The notes under the pieces: generated by a model | The model's input: the letters and a program-made list of their open reading frames with translations, nothing else | Told to the model about the DNA's origin: nothing | Databases searched by the model: none | Assembly: GCA_027459705.1 (NCBI GenBank) | Contig: DAIDHM010000104.1 | Span: 456 to 64,455 of the forward strand | Length of the DNA stretch: 64,000 bases | From: Ktedonobacteria bacterium | GTDB taxonomy: Bacteria; Chloroflexota; Ktedonobacteria; Ktedonobacterales; JACDGC01 | Direction: 5' to 3' | Program-made: the position numbers and the translations under genes | Shown here: positions 50,815 to 59,948 of the stretch, piece after piece | Position numbering within the stretch: the first letter of the stretch is position 1 | Layout of the letters: each line of letters starts with the position of its first letter

Positions 50815-51459
50815 TCAACTCATGACCATCTCGTCGCGGCTCAATCGGTCATACAGTTTGGTCTTGAGATCGGCGAAGAATGCCTGATACTTGGGCTGCG
50901 TGATCTCGTCAGTCCACATGATGTAGGCATCTTCATTGTTGTCGCTGTAGTAGTGTGGTCGCGTGCTGACGATCTGGAAGCCGTATTTATGGTAGAGTGC
51001 CTGGGCTGAAGCATTGGTGACTCGCACCTCCAGCGTGACCCACCGTGCGCCGATCTCCATCGCAATGTCGATTAAATGCACCAGCAACAGTTCCCCAAGA
51101 CCCCGTCGTCGGACGCTGGGATGGGTAGCAATGGTGGTGACGTGCCCTTCGTCATACATCAGCCATAGCCCGGCATAACCAACAATCGACGCCAACTCGG
51201 GATCGGACGTCGCGGGTTTCGCACTATGAAACATCGAGAATGGGAAGGCACGGCGAGCGAGCAACGCATCACCGCCAGACGGGGCGGGCTGATCTCGCAC
51301 AAGGGTATCGCGCACGACAAGGTAATGCGCCCAGCGATTTTCGCGCAGTTCTCGCTGGTAAGCACTCTCTGGCCACTGGGATGTCGGATAGGCCAATTTT
51401 TCAATCTCCAGGACCCGCGGCAGATCGCTCAATGTCATGCGATTGACGACATAACGCAC
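50815..51459 (-). CDS. rimI: Ribosomal protein S18 alanine N-acetyltransferase
   Basis: GHVTTIA..RRRGLG, TLEVRVTN..AQALY.KYGF, YYSDNNEDAYIM. Confidence 0.92.
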   Translation of the reverse strand: MRYVVNRMTLSDLPRVLEIEKLAYPTSQWPESAYQRELRENRWAHYLVVRDTLVRDQPAPSGGDALLARRAFPFSMFHSAKPATSDPELASIVGYAGLWLMYDEGHVTTIATHPSVRRRGLGELLLVHLIDIAMEIGARWVTLEVRVTNASAQALYHKYGFQIVSTRPHYYSDNNEDAYIMWTDEITQPKYQAFFADLKTKLYDRLSRDEMVMS

Positions 51460-51492
51460 TGCTCTTCCCCTCTCCCACAACACCGGCCCGCT

Positions 51493-52215
51493 TCAGCCTT
51501 CCGGCGGCAACGGATACCGGGTGCTTATCGTAATATTTGGTCGGCGAATGTAAGTTGGCTCCAGGGTGAGGATCGCGTCATGATCACCGAGAGCCAGGCG
51601 CGCGCAGGCCAGCCGTGCGATCCCACTGGCGCGATTTGACGCCGCAGGATCGAGTACCCAATGGAGGCGATCCCCCAGTGCGTCCCGCAGGGCCGCGTCC
51701 TGTTCATTCCGCAACTCGCCCACCACGCCGACTGGATTCTCGCGCATTTGGATGGCGCTGAGCAGGTCTTCCAGGCGACTGATCGCCAGCGGAACCTGCC
51801 GTGAAACCAGACCACTATCCATCAGATCATACCAGCCGAAGTACAGTTCTCCACGACCAGCATCCAGCAAAGCGAGCAGTGGCGCGGTGGTTGTGCCGTG
51901 ATCGCAGGCAGACTGCGCCATGCCGTCTAATGTTGGGATGCCTACCAGGGCAGTCTTCCAGACATACGCCAGGGTCTTGGCAACGGTGACGGCGACGCGC
52001 ACCCCATTGAACGACCCAGGTCCGGTCGCCACGGCAATCGCGTCAATCGCATCGTACGTGATACCCGCCCGCGCGACCAGACCAGCGATACCGTCGAAGA
52101 TTTGGGTGGAATGTTGCTGGCCGATGGCCCAGTGATGCGCAACGATGACCGTTTCTTCGGTCGCGAGCGCCAGGCTGGCCCAATGGGTCGATGTATCGAT
52201 CGCCAATAACATCAT
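51493..52215 (-). CDS. tsaB: t6A biosynthesis protein TsaB
   Basis: LAIDTS, GPGSFNGVRV, DAGRGE, LEPTYIR. Confidence 0.95.
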   Translation of the reverse strand: MMLLAIDTSTHWASLALATEETVIVAHHWAIGQQHSTQIFDGIAGLVARAGITYDAIDAIAVATGPGSFNGVRVAVTVAKTLAYVWKTALVGIPTLDGMAQSACDHGTTTAPLLALLDAGRGELYFGWYDLMDSGLVSRQVPLAISRLEDLLSAIQMRENPVGVVGELRNEQDAALRDALGDRLHWVLDPAASNRASGIARLACARLALGDHDAILTLEPTYIRRPNITISTRYPLPPEG

Positions 52216-52697
52216 AGTGGCTCCCGGGTGGCTGTTAACCACTCCTCCGCCCGCTGACCCTGCGCGCGCCAGTGGATGATTCGGCCGTGGTTGTTGGGGG
52301 TGGTGATGGTGGCCTGAAGCCAGTCGCTCCCGAAGATTTCGTTCGCAACGCGGTCAGCCCATTCGACGACCGCGACGCCATCTCCTCCAAAGTACTCGCC
52401 GAAACCTAAATCGATTAACTCGCTGGCGCGTTCGATTCGATACAGATCGAAATGATAGAGGGGGACACGGCCGCTGCGATGCTCTTTGAGCAGCGTAAAA
52501 GTAGGACTATTCACTACTTCTCCGATGTCCAGGCCGCGGGCCAGACCCTGCGTCAGCGCCGTCTTGCCCGCGCCAAGCTCCCCAATCAAGAGCAGGATAT
52601 CACCGGGCCGCGCGGCCGCGCCAAGGCGCTGGCCAATGGCTCGTGTCCGCGCGACACTCGCGCTTCGCTGCTCCCAATTCGCCTCAGTCACCAGCAC
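52212..52697 (-). CDS. tsaE: t6A biosynthesis ATPase TsaE
   Basis: GELGAGKT, VNSPTF, YHFDLYR, VVEWA. Confidence 0.95.
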   Translation of the reverse strand: MLVTEANWEQRSASVARTRAIGQRLGAAARPGDILLLIGELGAGKTALTQGLARGLDIGEVVNSPTFTLLKEHRSGRVPLYHFDLYRIERASELIDLGFGEYFGGDGVAVVEWADRVANEIFGSDWLQATITTPNNHGRIIHWRAQGQRAEEWLTATREPL

Positions 52698-53400
52698 GAC
52701 TCCTCCCGGGCGCTGCTGTCGCGATCAACGAGTCGCAGATCGCCAGGCCGTCGGTGCCGCCCAGGCGCATCTCGCAACAACGTTCAGGGTGAGGCATCAA
52801 TGCCATGATATTCCCGCGGGTATTGATGACCCCCGCGATATTATTGCGCGATCCATTGGGATTTGCCGCTGCTGTGATCTCGCCCTCGGCGGTGCAATAA
52901 CGAAACATGACTCCCTGGCGTGCTTCCAACATCGCCAGCTCGGCATCATCCAGGAAAAAATTCCCTTCACCATGCGAGATCGGGATTCGCAGGACCTGGC
53001 CGGGGGAGCACCGATTGGTAAATGGGGTATCGGTGCGCTCGACGCGCACATGGACCCATTCACAGCGGAAACTCAGGCTGGCGTTCCGCATCAACACGCC
53101 CGGCAGCATCCCAGCTTCGGTCAGAATCTGAAAGCCGTTACAGCTCCCCAGCACCAGTCCGCCCCGGTCCGCATACTCCGCGACGCGCTCCATGACCGGC
53201 GAGAACCGCGCGATGGCGCCCGCACGCAGATAATCGCCATGGGCGAACCCACCTGGGACGATCAGCGCATCATAGGCGTTGAGATCCGACGAATCGCCAT
53301 GCCAGATGTAGGTGGCGGTGTGGCCCAGCACTCGCGTCAATACGTGGTGCCAATCGCGCTCACTCCACGTGCCAGGAAAGACCAAAATGCCGAACTTCAT
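52684..53400 (-). CDS. purQ: Phosphoribosylformylglycinamidine synthase subunit PurQ
   Basis: VFPG, PGGFAHGDYLRAGA, GSCNGFQIL, HGEG, MPHPER. Confidence 0.96.
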   Translation of the reverse strand: MKFGILVFPGTWSERDWHHVLTRVLGHTATYIWHGDSSDLNAYDALIVPGGFAHGDYLRAGAIARFSPVMERVAEYADRGGLVLGSCNGFQILTEAGMLPGVLMRNASLSFRCEWVHVRVERTDTPFTNRCSPGQVLRIPISHGEGNFFLDDAELAMLEARQGVMFRYCTAEGEITAAANPNGSRNNIAGVINTRGNIMALMPHPERCCEMRLGGTDGLAICDSLIATAAPGRSRAGD

Positions 53401-53682
53401 GCTATCGAGACCTCTCAAGAGGATGGAGATTGACTCTAGATGCGCGCGGTGCACGCTGTATGCCGAAGCAATACGTCAGGATAATGTAGTATACAACCTT
53501 TAGCACACTGATGGGCGACGCACTGTGGTTGCGAAAAATCACTGACAGTGAATTTGGACCAGCACCTGTCAGACCAACAGTTCTCGATCGTACAACAATG
53601 TGATGGCGGCAATGGTTCAGTGCCTTGAGATCAGGTCGAGTATCTGCACACTCTACTGCAAGCAGAGACTCTTGCACAGACT

Positions 53683-54453
53683 TCACCATACGACTGTTAA
53701 CTTCTGCCCCGCCTCCAGCAAGACCAGCCGCTCTGTGAGGCCAACCGCCGCGAAGGCCTGGGCGACATCGGATTGACTCTGAGTGAAGTGTGCCCAACTG
53801 TCGCAATGGATTGGCATGACGGTGGCCTGTGGGCAGACACTGGCCGTCTCGATGGCATCGTTGGTGTTCATTGTCAGGTAGAACGGGCCGCGCGTCCGCG
53901 CCGCGCCGACGAAAGGCACAACGAGCGTGATCGGAAAGCGGCGCGCTACCTCAGCCACACCGCTGAAATAGGTCGTGTCGCCAGTCAGATAGATCGCGTG
54001 GTCGGGCGCGTCCCCCAGCGTCAGAACAAAGCCAATCACCTCGCCGACCAATGGCTCGATGCCCGCTGGACCATGCCGTGCGGGTGTCGCTGCCACGCGC
54101 AGGACCTGGCCGGAGGGCGTGGGCAGTTCAAAGACATCCCAGGGTGCCAGCCCACGGACGTGGCCACCAAGCCGAGTCGCGCCTGCCATGGTTGTCAACA
54201 CGGTTGGTACGTTGGCCAGCAGGGCGCGGCCCGTGTTGTCGAGATTGTCTGCATGGTGGTCGTGGCTGAGCAGTACGAGATCAACCGGGGTGATGGCATC
54301 GATCCCCAGCGCGGGGCCGGTGGTTTTGGTCAGGATCACTGCGCCAGTCGTGTACGATCCCGGTGCGTCGAAAGTCGGGTCGGTCAGAATGCGCAGACCA
54401 GCAATCTCCAATAACAGCGTTGGGCCACCAATCAATGTCGCTAGCACTTCCAT
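53683..54453 (-). CDS. MBL-fold metallo-hydrolase
   Basis: LTDPTF, SHDHHADNLD, PARHG, TGDT, PIH. Confidence 0.92.
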   Translation of the reverse strand: MEVLATLIGGPTLLLEIAGLRILTDPTFDAPGSYTTGAVILTKTTGPALGIDAITPVDLVLLSHDHHADNLDNTGRALLANVPTVLTTMAGATRLGGHVRGLAPWDVFELPTPSGQVLRVAATPARHGPAGIEPLVGEVIGFVLTLGDAPDHAIYLTGDTTYFSGVAEVARRFPITLVVPFVGAARTRGPFYLTMNTNDAIETASVCPQATVMPIHCDSWAHFTQSQSDVAQAFAAVGLTERLVLLEAGQKLTVVW

Positions 54454-54680
54454 TGATCACCTCATCACTCGCGCGCATCGCGCCCGCGTTCAAAACTCTA
54501 CGAAAGGGTCGTACCGTATAATGTAGCGCACTGTCAATAGCCTGGAGCAATGGGCGCCTATTCCGCGTGCTTGCGATGGCGCGGGGGTCCGTGCTACACT
54601 CGAAAGGTAGACTGGTGATTTCACGATCGCTCCCCTGGTCATCCCTGGCAGGGGTGCGGCGTGTGTGAGGAGTTCAACAT

Positions 54681-55640
54681 ATGGCAACACTCGCTGGCGA
54701 GGTGATCAAATTACAATTTGGCGCCGTCGTCGAAGCCACAGATGGCGAGGCTGGATCCATCACCCATCTCGTCATCCAACCCGGACAACGGACCGTGACA
54801 CACATCGGCGTCCGTCTCCCCGGTGGAACACGCGTCGCTGTCCCACTGCAGCGCGTCCTCGACGCAACCGCGGATCAGATCTCTGTAAATCTGACCCGCG
54901 AGGCTATGCTCCAGACGATGCCACCGTTACCTACCGATCAGATCGTTCTCGCAAATAACACGCGCGTCACGGCGAGCGGCCGTACTGGTAGCCTGACGCA
55001 TATCTCGCTCACGGTGAGCAACGCGAAGTTCCACACCATCGGCTATAAGATGGGCATGAATAGCGCCTTTGTGGCGGACGCGCGCTGGATTACCGACATT
55101 GCCGATGATGGCAGTGTGACGGTGCAACCACCGCAAGGCACTGAACCCCGACCATATCGCGCGGATGCCGATGTCTTATTAGATGCACAGACAGCGCTCT
55201 TCAACTATCCGCGCCTCCGGCTGGATCTTCGTGCCGTTCAGTTGCGGGTAATTGATGGCGAGATCTGGATGACGGGGAATGTCTCATCGACGTTAAATCA
55301 ACGCGTCATGGCAGAACTCCTGGAGAGTGTCAAAGGCCTGTACTCGATCCACAATGCCCTGGTCGCTGATACGGACCTGGCGGTCACGGTGGCGCGCGCG
55401 TTGTCGCAAGATCCGCGGACGCATGGCCAACCGATCGGCGTGTATCCGTTGCTGGGCAAAGTCTTCCTGCGTGGACGCGCGCATGATACGAGTATTGCTC
55501 AGGCGGCGACGGAGGTCGTATCCCGCATCAGTGGCCACAAGGAAGTCGTCAACCAACTCGCGATCCTGCCGTCAGCGACCTTCATCCCCGTCCTGGCTCC
55601 TGTCACTGGCGATGAAGATATCATCCCGGGCGGTGATTAG
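54681..55640 (+). CDS. PRC-barrel + tandem BON domain protein
   Basis: GAVVEATDGEAGSITHLVI (PRC); D..L...V..AL..DPR...G.V.LRG (BON). Confidence 0.75.
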   Translation: MATLAGEVIKLQFGAVVEATDGEAGSITHLVIQPGQRTVTHIGVRLPGGTRVAVPLQRVLDATADQISVNLTREAMLQTMPPLPTDQIVLANNTRVTASGRTGSLTHISLTVSNAKFHTIGYKMGMNSAFVADARWITDIADDGSVTVQPPQGTEPRPYRADADVLLDAQTALFNYPRLRLDLRAVQLRVIDGEIWMTGNVSSTLNQRVMAELLESVKGLYSIHNALVADTDLAVTVARALSQDPRTHGQPIGVYPLLGKVFLRGRAHDTSIAQAATEVVSRISGHKEVVNQLAILPSATFIPVLAPVTGDEDIIPGGD

Positions 55641-55811
55641 CGACGTTGCAGGGTGATCGCGACAACCTGGCCTTGATGTTTCGCGGATGTCGCGAAATAC
55701 CGAGCGTTCTCGCTGGCGCGATCACCAAGCGATCGGAATACTTGCGTTCTGTCAGATCATTGGCTGAGATATCACAGAGACACAACAAAGGCCAGCAACC
55801 ACGATCTTTCC

Positions 55812-55841
55812 TTGACACCCTTGATAGTCATCAGATACACT
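55812..55841 (+). promoter_or_regulatory. Sigma70-type promoter upstream of catalase
   Basis: TTGACA-N18-TACACT. Confidence 0.5.
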
Positions 55842-56160
55842 GATCTTGTGTCCTGGTGTTGCGCGATAACGAACACGGGGAGGCAGTTGACCCGCGCCAA
55901 TAGGGATGGTCAGACCTGGAAAGCGACCGCGGGGAACCATCGGCTCGCCCATCGCACTGGACGGGTCTCTGATGCCTGCGACACGCGTCTGTACACGGTG
56001 ACGCACGCTGATAATCCTGGATATGGGGAATCCGAGCGTCTGCTCCGTGCCATTCCGCTCCTCAATTTCGACTTGTCTGTAACCTTGCTTGAGGCATCGC
56101 GGGAATCCACGTTGCGAGTTGCATCGCAACGTTTTTCCTCTTGAGAAAGAAGTTCGCACC

Positions 56161-57675
56161 ATGAGTAACGATCATCGTCCACCCCACACGACCAATGATG
56201 CTGGTATCCCGATCGCCAGTGATGAGCATTCCCTCACTGTCGGCCCCGATGGCCCAATTCTGTTGCAGGACCACTATCTCATTCAGAAGATGGCGCAGTT
56301 CAATCGTGAGCGCGTGCCCGAACGCGTCGTACATGCCAAAGGCAGTGGCGCCTTCGGCTATTTCGAGGTGACGGCGGATGTTAGCCAGTGGACGAAGGCG
56401 GCTTTCCTGAACACCGTCGGGAAACGCACTCCAGTCGTCGCGCGCTTCTCGACCGTCGCTGGCGAGCAGGGTTCGGCTGATACAGTCCGCGATCCCCGTG
56501 GGTTTGCGGTGAAATTCTACACCGAAGAGGGCAACTATGATCTGGTCGGCAATAATACGCCGATCTTCTTCGTGCGCGACCCTCCGAAGTTCTCGGATTT
56601 CATCCATTCGCAGAAACGCATGGGTGACACGGGGATGCGCAGCAATAACGCCCAGTGGGATTTCTGGTCACTCGCTCCCGAGTCGCTGCACCAAGTTGCT
56701 TTCCTGATGTCGGATCGCGGCACTCCGCGTACGTACCGCCATATGAACGGCTATGGCAGCCATACGTTCATGTGGGTTAACGCGGGTGGCGAGCGTTTCT
56801 GGGTCAAGTATCATTTCAAGACCGAGCAGGGGATTGAGAATTTCACGGATTCCGAAGCGGCTGAGATGGCGAAACAGGATCCTGATTTTCACCGTCGCGA
56901 TCTGCGTGAATCGATTGCCAATGGCGACTTCCCGGTCTGGCGGCTCGAAATGCAGATCATGCCTTTCGAGGAAGCGGCCGCCTACCGCTTCAATCCATTC
57001 GATCTGACCAAGGTCTGGCCGCATTCAGACTATCCAGGAATCACGATCGGGCGCCTCGTGCTCGATCGCAATCCGGCCAATTTCTTCGCGGAGATCGAGC
57101 AAGCTTCATTCGAGCCCGCTAATATGGTGCCAGGCATTGGACCGAGCCCAGATAAGATGTTGCTGGGCCGCTTGTTCAGCTATCCGGATGCGCATCGCTA
57201 TCGCATCGGCACGAACTACTTGCAGTTGCCCGTCAACCGCCCGCAATCGCCAGTCCATAGTTATTCCCAGGATGGCTCGATGCGCTATGAGCACCATGGC
57301 GCGCAACCGGTCTATGCGCCGAATAGCTACCATGGGCCACAGGCCGCACCTGAATACGCGGCCGAACCCACCTGGAGCGCCGACGGCGAATTCGTGCGGA
57401 GCGCGTATAGTTTGCATGCTGAGGATGATGATTTCGGCCAGGCGGGAACCTTGTTCCGCAAGACCCTCTCCGCCACCGACCGTGAGCACCTGATCAGCAA
57501 CATCGTCGGCCACATGAGCCAGGGCGTCGAGCGACACATTCAGGAACGTGCCGTCGCACTCTGGCACAAGGTGGACGCGAACCTGGGCGCAGGCATCGCT
57601 CGCGGCATTGGCTTGAGCGGCGAAGCGGCTCCGTCTGGCCACAACGGCACGAGCGGCAAACGCGCCAAAAAATAA
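56161..57675 (+). CDS. katA: Monofunctional heme catalase (small subunit)
   Basis: FNRERVPERVVHAKG, RFSTV, RDPRGFAVKFYT, VGNNTPIFF, RLFSYPDAHRYR. Confidence 0.96.
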   Translation: MSNDHRPPHTTNDAGIPIASDEHSLTVGPDGPILLQDHYLIQKMAQFNRERVPERVVHAKGSGAFGYFEVTADVSQWTKAAFLNTVGKRTPVVARFSTVAGEQGSADTVRDPRGFAVKFYTEEGNYDLVGNNTPIFFVRDPPKFSDFIHSQKRMGDTGMRSNNAQWDFWSLAPESLHQVAFLMSDRGTPRTYRHMNGYGSHTFMWVNAGGERFWVKYHFKTEQGIENFTDSEAAEMAKQDPDFHRRDLRESIANGDFPVWRLEMQIMPFEEAAAYRFNPFDLTKVWPHSDYPGITIGRLVLDRNPANFFAEIEQASFEPANMVPGIGPSPDKMLLGRLFSYPDAHRYRIGTNYLQLPVNRPQSPVHSYSQDGSMRYEHHGAQPVYAPNSYHGPQAAPEYAAEPTWSADGEFVRSAYSLHAEDDDFGQAGTLFRKTLSATDREHLISNIVGHMSQGVERHIQERAVALWHKVDANLGAGIARGIGLSGEAAPSGHNGTSGKRAKK

Positions 57676-57824
57676 ACAGCGCAACGAGACGTAGCACAGA
57701 GCGTCAGCTGATAACTCATATCAGCCGGCACTCTGTGCTGCCTTGCATGAGAAACCTGATTAGGCATGCGCAATAATGCTATTCAACGTATCCCAAAACG
57801 TGTTGTCTGTGATGAGTCGTAGTT

Positions 57825-58073
57825 GCTCACCCTTCAGAGCGTAATTGACACTCCGCATGGGATAAATCCCTAGCGGATTCTTGGTTCAGCCAGTGCGCTT
57901 ACCACGATGAATCGTTCCATCGTGCCAGAGGTGCCTCTGTCCCCAAGCGTTTTCCTGATGCAAGACCAGGCTGTTCCCGTCTGCCCGACGGTACAGAAAG
58001 GAAGTATGCTCTGAAGTCCAATCGTCCGGTAGGAGGATATTGCTTCGGCTTGCGCCTCTTCTAGCGAGACTTC
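57825..58073 (-). ncRNA. Putative TnpB-type omegaRNA/reRNA (scaffold + flanking guide)
   Basis: ACCGTCGGGCAGACGGGAA...AACGCTTGGGGA...GAACCAAGAATCC-hairpin-GTGTCAA resembles tnpB 3'/RE scaffolds; upstream promoter; 5' end inferred. Confidence 0.7.
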
Positions 58074-58179
58074 ATCAAGAGTATACTACAGATTCAGCCG
58101 AGGTACAACCACTGGCTGAAGCCCACGCAAGCCCTTACATCTGCCTGGGCTAAAGCCACAGCAGCTTTACGGGCTTTCT
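57845..58179 (-). mobile_element. 335-bp non-autonomous IS200/IS605-family element (PATE) with LE and RE hairpins and no ORF
   Basis: Minus strand: TTAC|AGAAAGCCCGTAAAGCTGCTGTGGCTTTAGCCCAGGCAG ... GAATCCGCTAGGGATTTATCCCATGCGGAGTGTCAA|; TTAC target and TCAA right end; exact excision restores the host ORF. Confidence 0.88.
58080..58108 (-). promoter_or_regulatory. Sigma70-type promoter inside the element, pointing at the omegaRNA scaffold
   Basis: TTGTAC-N17-TATACT on the minus strand. Confidence 0.65.
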
Positions 58180-58880
58180 GTAAGCACATTGCAACCGCCC
58201 TTATTTGCCACGACCTGAAGAACCTCCTTCTTATCCATAAAAATTCGTAACGTATATACCGCCGTGGGAGTCGCCGCGCAAGGCTGTACCGCGGACCCTG
58301 ATGGGAGAGTCGGAATAGGAACGAGGTCCTGGGTATCATGCATGATATACGTATAGAAATTTTCGACATCAATCGGATCACGCGTGATCTTCGCATTCAA
58401 GAACATGACACCCTGGGGCGAAACCGCGGACACCATGAGCGTATTTGGCAACGCTTCTGCTTGGATGCTACGTTGGCAACCGACCAAGAACAGCGTGGTA
58501 ACGCAAAAAACTATGCCGATAAGCCATTCCCTTCGTATGGTTGTACGGATAGAGCGATCTCTTGAGTAGCCCCGTCTTTTGCTCATGATAAGTGGCATCT
58601 TTTCCTCCTCGGGCAAACTGGCCATCTTGTCCCACACAGATAATCATAAGTTGGTATAGTTTGCTCCAGTCCGATCTTTGAAACAGCGGAGAATCAAGCC
58701 GCTGTCTTGACGTCAAACTTATAACGACATGCTAAGTTGTTGTTTTGCCTCCATTTCCTTATCCCCATCAACAATTGGATGTGCCAGGTGATTGCCAGTA
58801 GTCTGTAAAACTACCACCATTATTAGAGCTCATGCCACCAGGTGATGCAAGCGACCCCTCCACCATAGTTGCCAGCAAAC

Positions 58881-58920
58881 TTAACTTTGTTTTGACATAT
58901 TCATAACAACAATCCACTAT
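58881..58920 (+). promoter_or_regulatory. Pho-box-like 11-bp-spaced repeats overlapping a -35 element upstream of pstS
   Basis: TTAACT (58881), TTGACA (58892), ATAACA (58903). Confidence 0.5.
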
Positions 58921-59000
58921 GCTGAAAAAGCCCAATCAAACATCAATGGCAATCGCAGATGAGGTCATCAAAAAATCTACCTGCCGAGGTGATCGTGCGC

Positions 59001-59948
59001 ATGGCATCTCCAGGATATAAGCATGGTCAGATGGTGTGGAGAGTCGCGGTATGTATCCTGAGCCTGAGCCTGAGCGCATGTGCGGTGTTTCCATCGCCCA
59101 GTGCGCCGCTCTCTGGCACTTTGCGCGTCTGGGGCTCGTCGGCGCTTGACCCGCTGGTGCGCGACGCGGCGCAACCATTTATGCAGCTCCATCCGGGAGT
59201 AACCATCGATGCTCAGGCAATCGGCAGCTTCAATGGCCTCGATGCCGTCACGAAAGGCTATAGTGACACACGCATCTCTGGCAAAGCAGAGATTGGCACC
59301 TCCGATGTGTATGCCGACCCCGCGCTGTATCCACAACCCGACCTGACTGACCACCTGGTCGCGGTGATCCCCTTTACGATGGTCGTCAACCCTGGCGTCC
59401 CAATAACGACCTTAACAAAGCAGCAACTTATCAATATTTTCTCGCTGGGTACGATCACCAATTGGAAACAGGTGGGCGGGCCGGATCTCAAGATTATTCC
59501 GGTCGTCCGGCCTCCAACCTCGGGGACACGCGCGACCTTTCGCAAATACATCCTGGATGGTCGCGATGAACATGGTTTGCTGAGTACCGACGTTTCGGCG
59601 ACCATTCGCGACACCGTCGCCAAAACTCCCGGGGCGATCAGCTATCTGGCTAAATCTTACCTGGATGGCACCATTACGCCGATCTCCATTGACGGGTATG
59701 ACGCGACGGCCGCCAATATCGCCGCTGGTAGCTATAATTTTTGGAGTTTCGAGCATATGTATACGCTCGATGACACCCCCCCTCTGATCGCCAGTTTTCT
59801 CAATTTCATGCTGAGCCCCACGGTTCAGGCGCTGGCCACCAAAGATGGCTATCTGCCCATTGTGAGCATTCTACCAGTGCAGACTCCCTCCGCCAGCGCG
59901 CTATCTCATCAGCAAGAGGATGTGCCGCGATGCATGTGCACCAAGTGA
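59001..59948 (+). CDS. pstS: PstS-like phosphate-binding lipoprotein (no pstCAB adjacent)
   Basis: Lipobox LSAC, GSSALDPL, GS..G, IGTSD, R..TSGTRATF. Confidence 0.85.
   Translation: MASPGYKHGQMVWRVAVCILSLSLSACAVFPSPSAPLSGTLRVWGSSALDPLVRDAAQPFMQLHPGVTIDAQAIGSFNGLDAVTKGYSDTRISGKAEIGTSDVYADPALYPQPDLTDHLVAVIPFTMVVNPGVPITTLTKQQLINIFSLGTITNWKQVGGPDLKIIPVVRPPTSGTRATFRKYILDGRDEHGLLSTDVSATIRDTVAKTPGAISYLAKSYLDGTITPISIDGYDATAANIAAGSYNFWSFEHMYTLDDTPPLIASFLNFMLSPTVQALATKDGYLPIVSILPVQTPSASALSHQQEDVPRCMCTK

Larger units (their letters stand above)
57760..58586 (-). pseudogene. Lipoprotein gene interrupted by the 57845-58179 element
   Basis: Lipobox LVGC; removing 57845-58179 gives the in-frame ...GGCNVLTYALKGEQLRLITDNTFWDTLNSIIAHA*. 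Confidence 0.8.

Noticed and set aside
57845-58179. Group I intron / IStron
   Set aside because: The element ends in TCAA rather than a terminal G, and no group I core was recognised
57841-58183. TTAC on both sides read as a 4-bp target-site duplication
   Set aside because: Collapsing to a single TTAC gives an immediate stop (CTT ACG CTC TGA), while keeping both restores the frame; IS200/IS605 elements make no TSD
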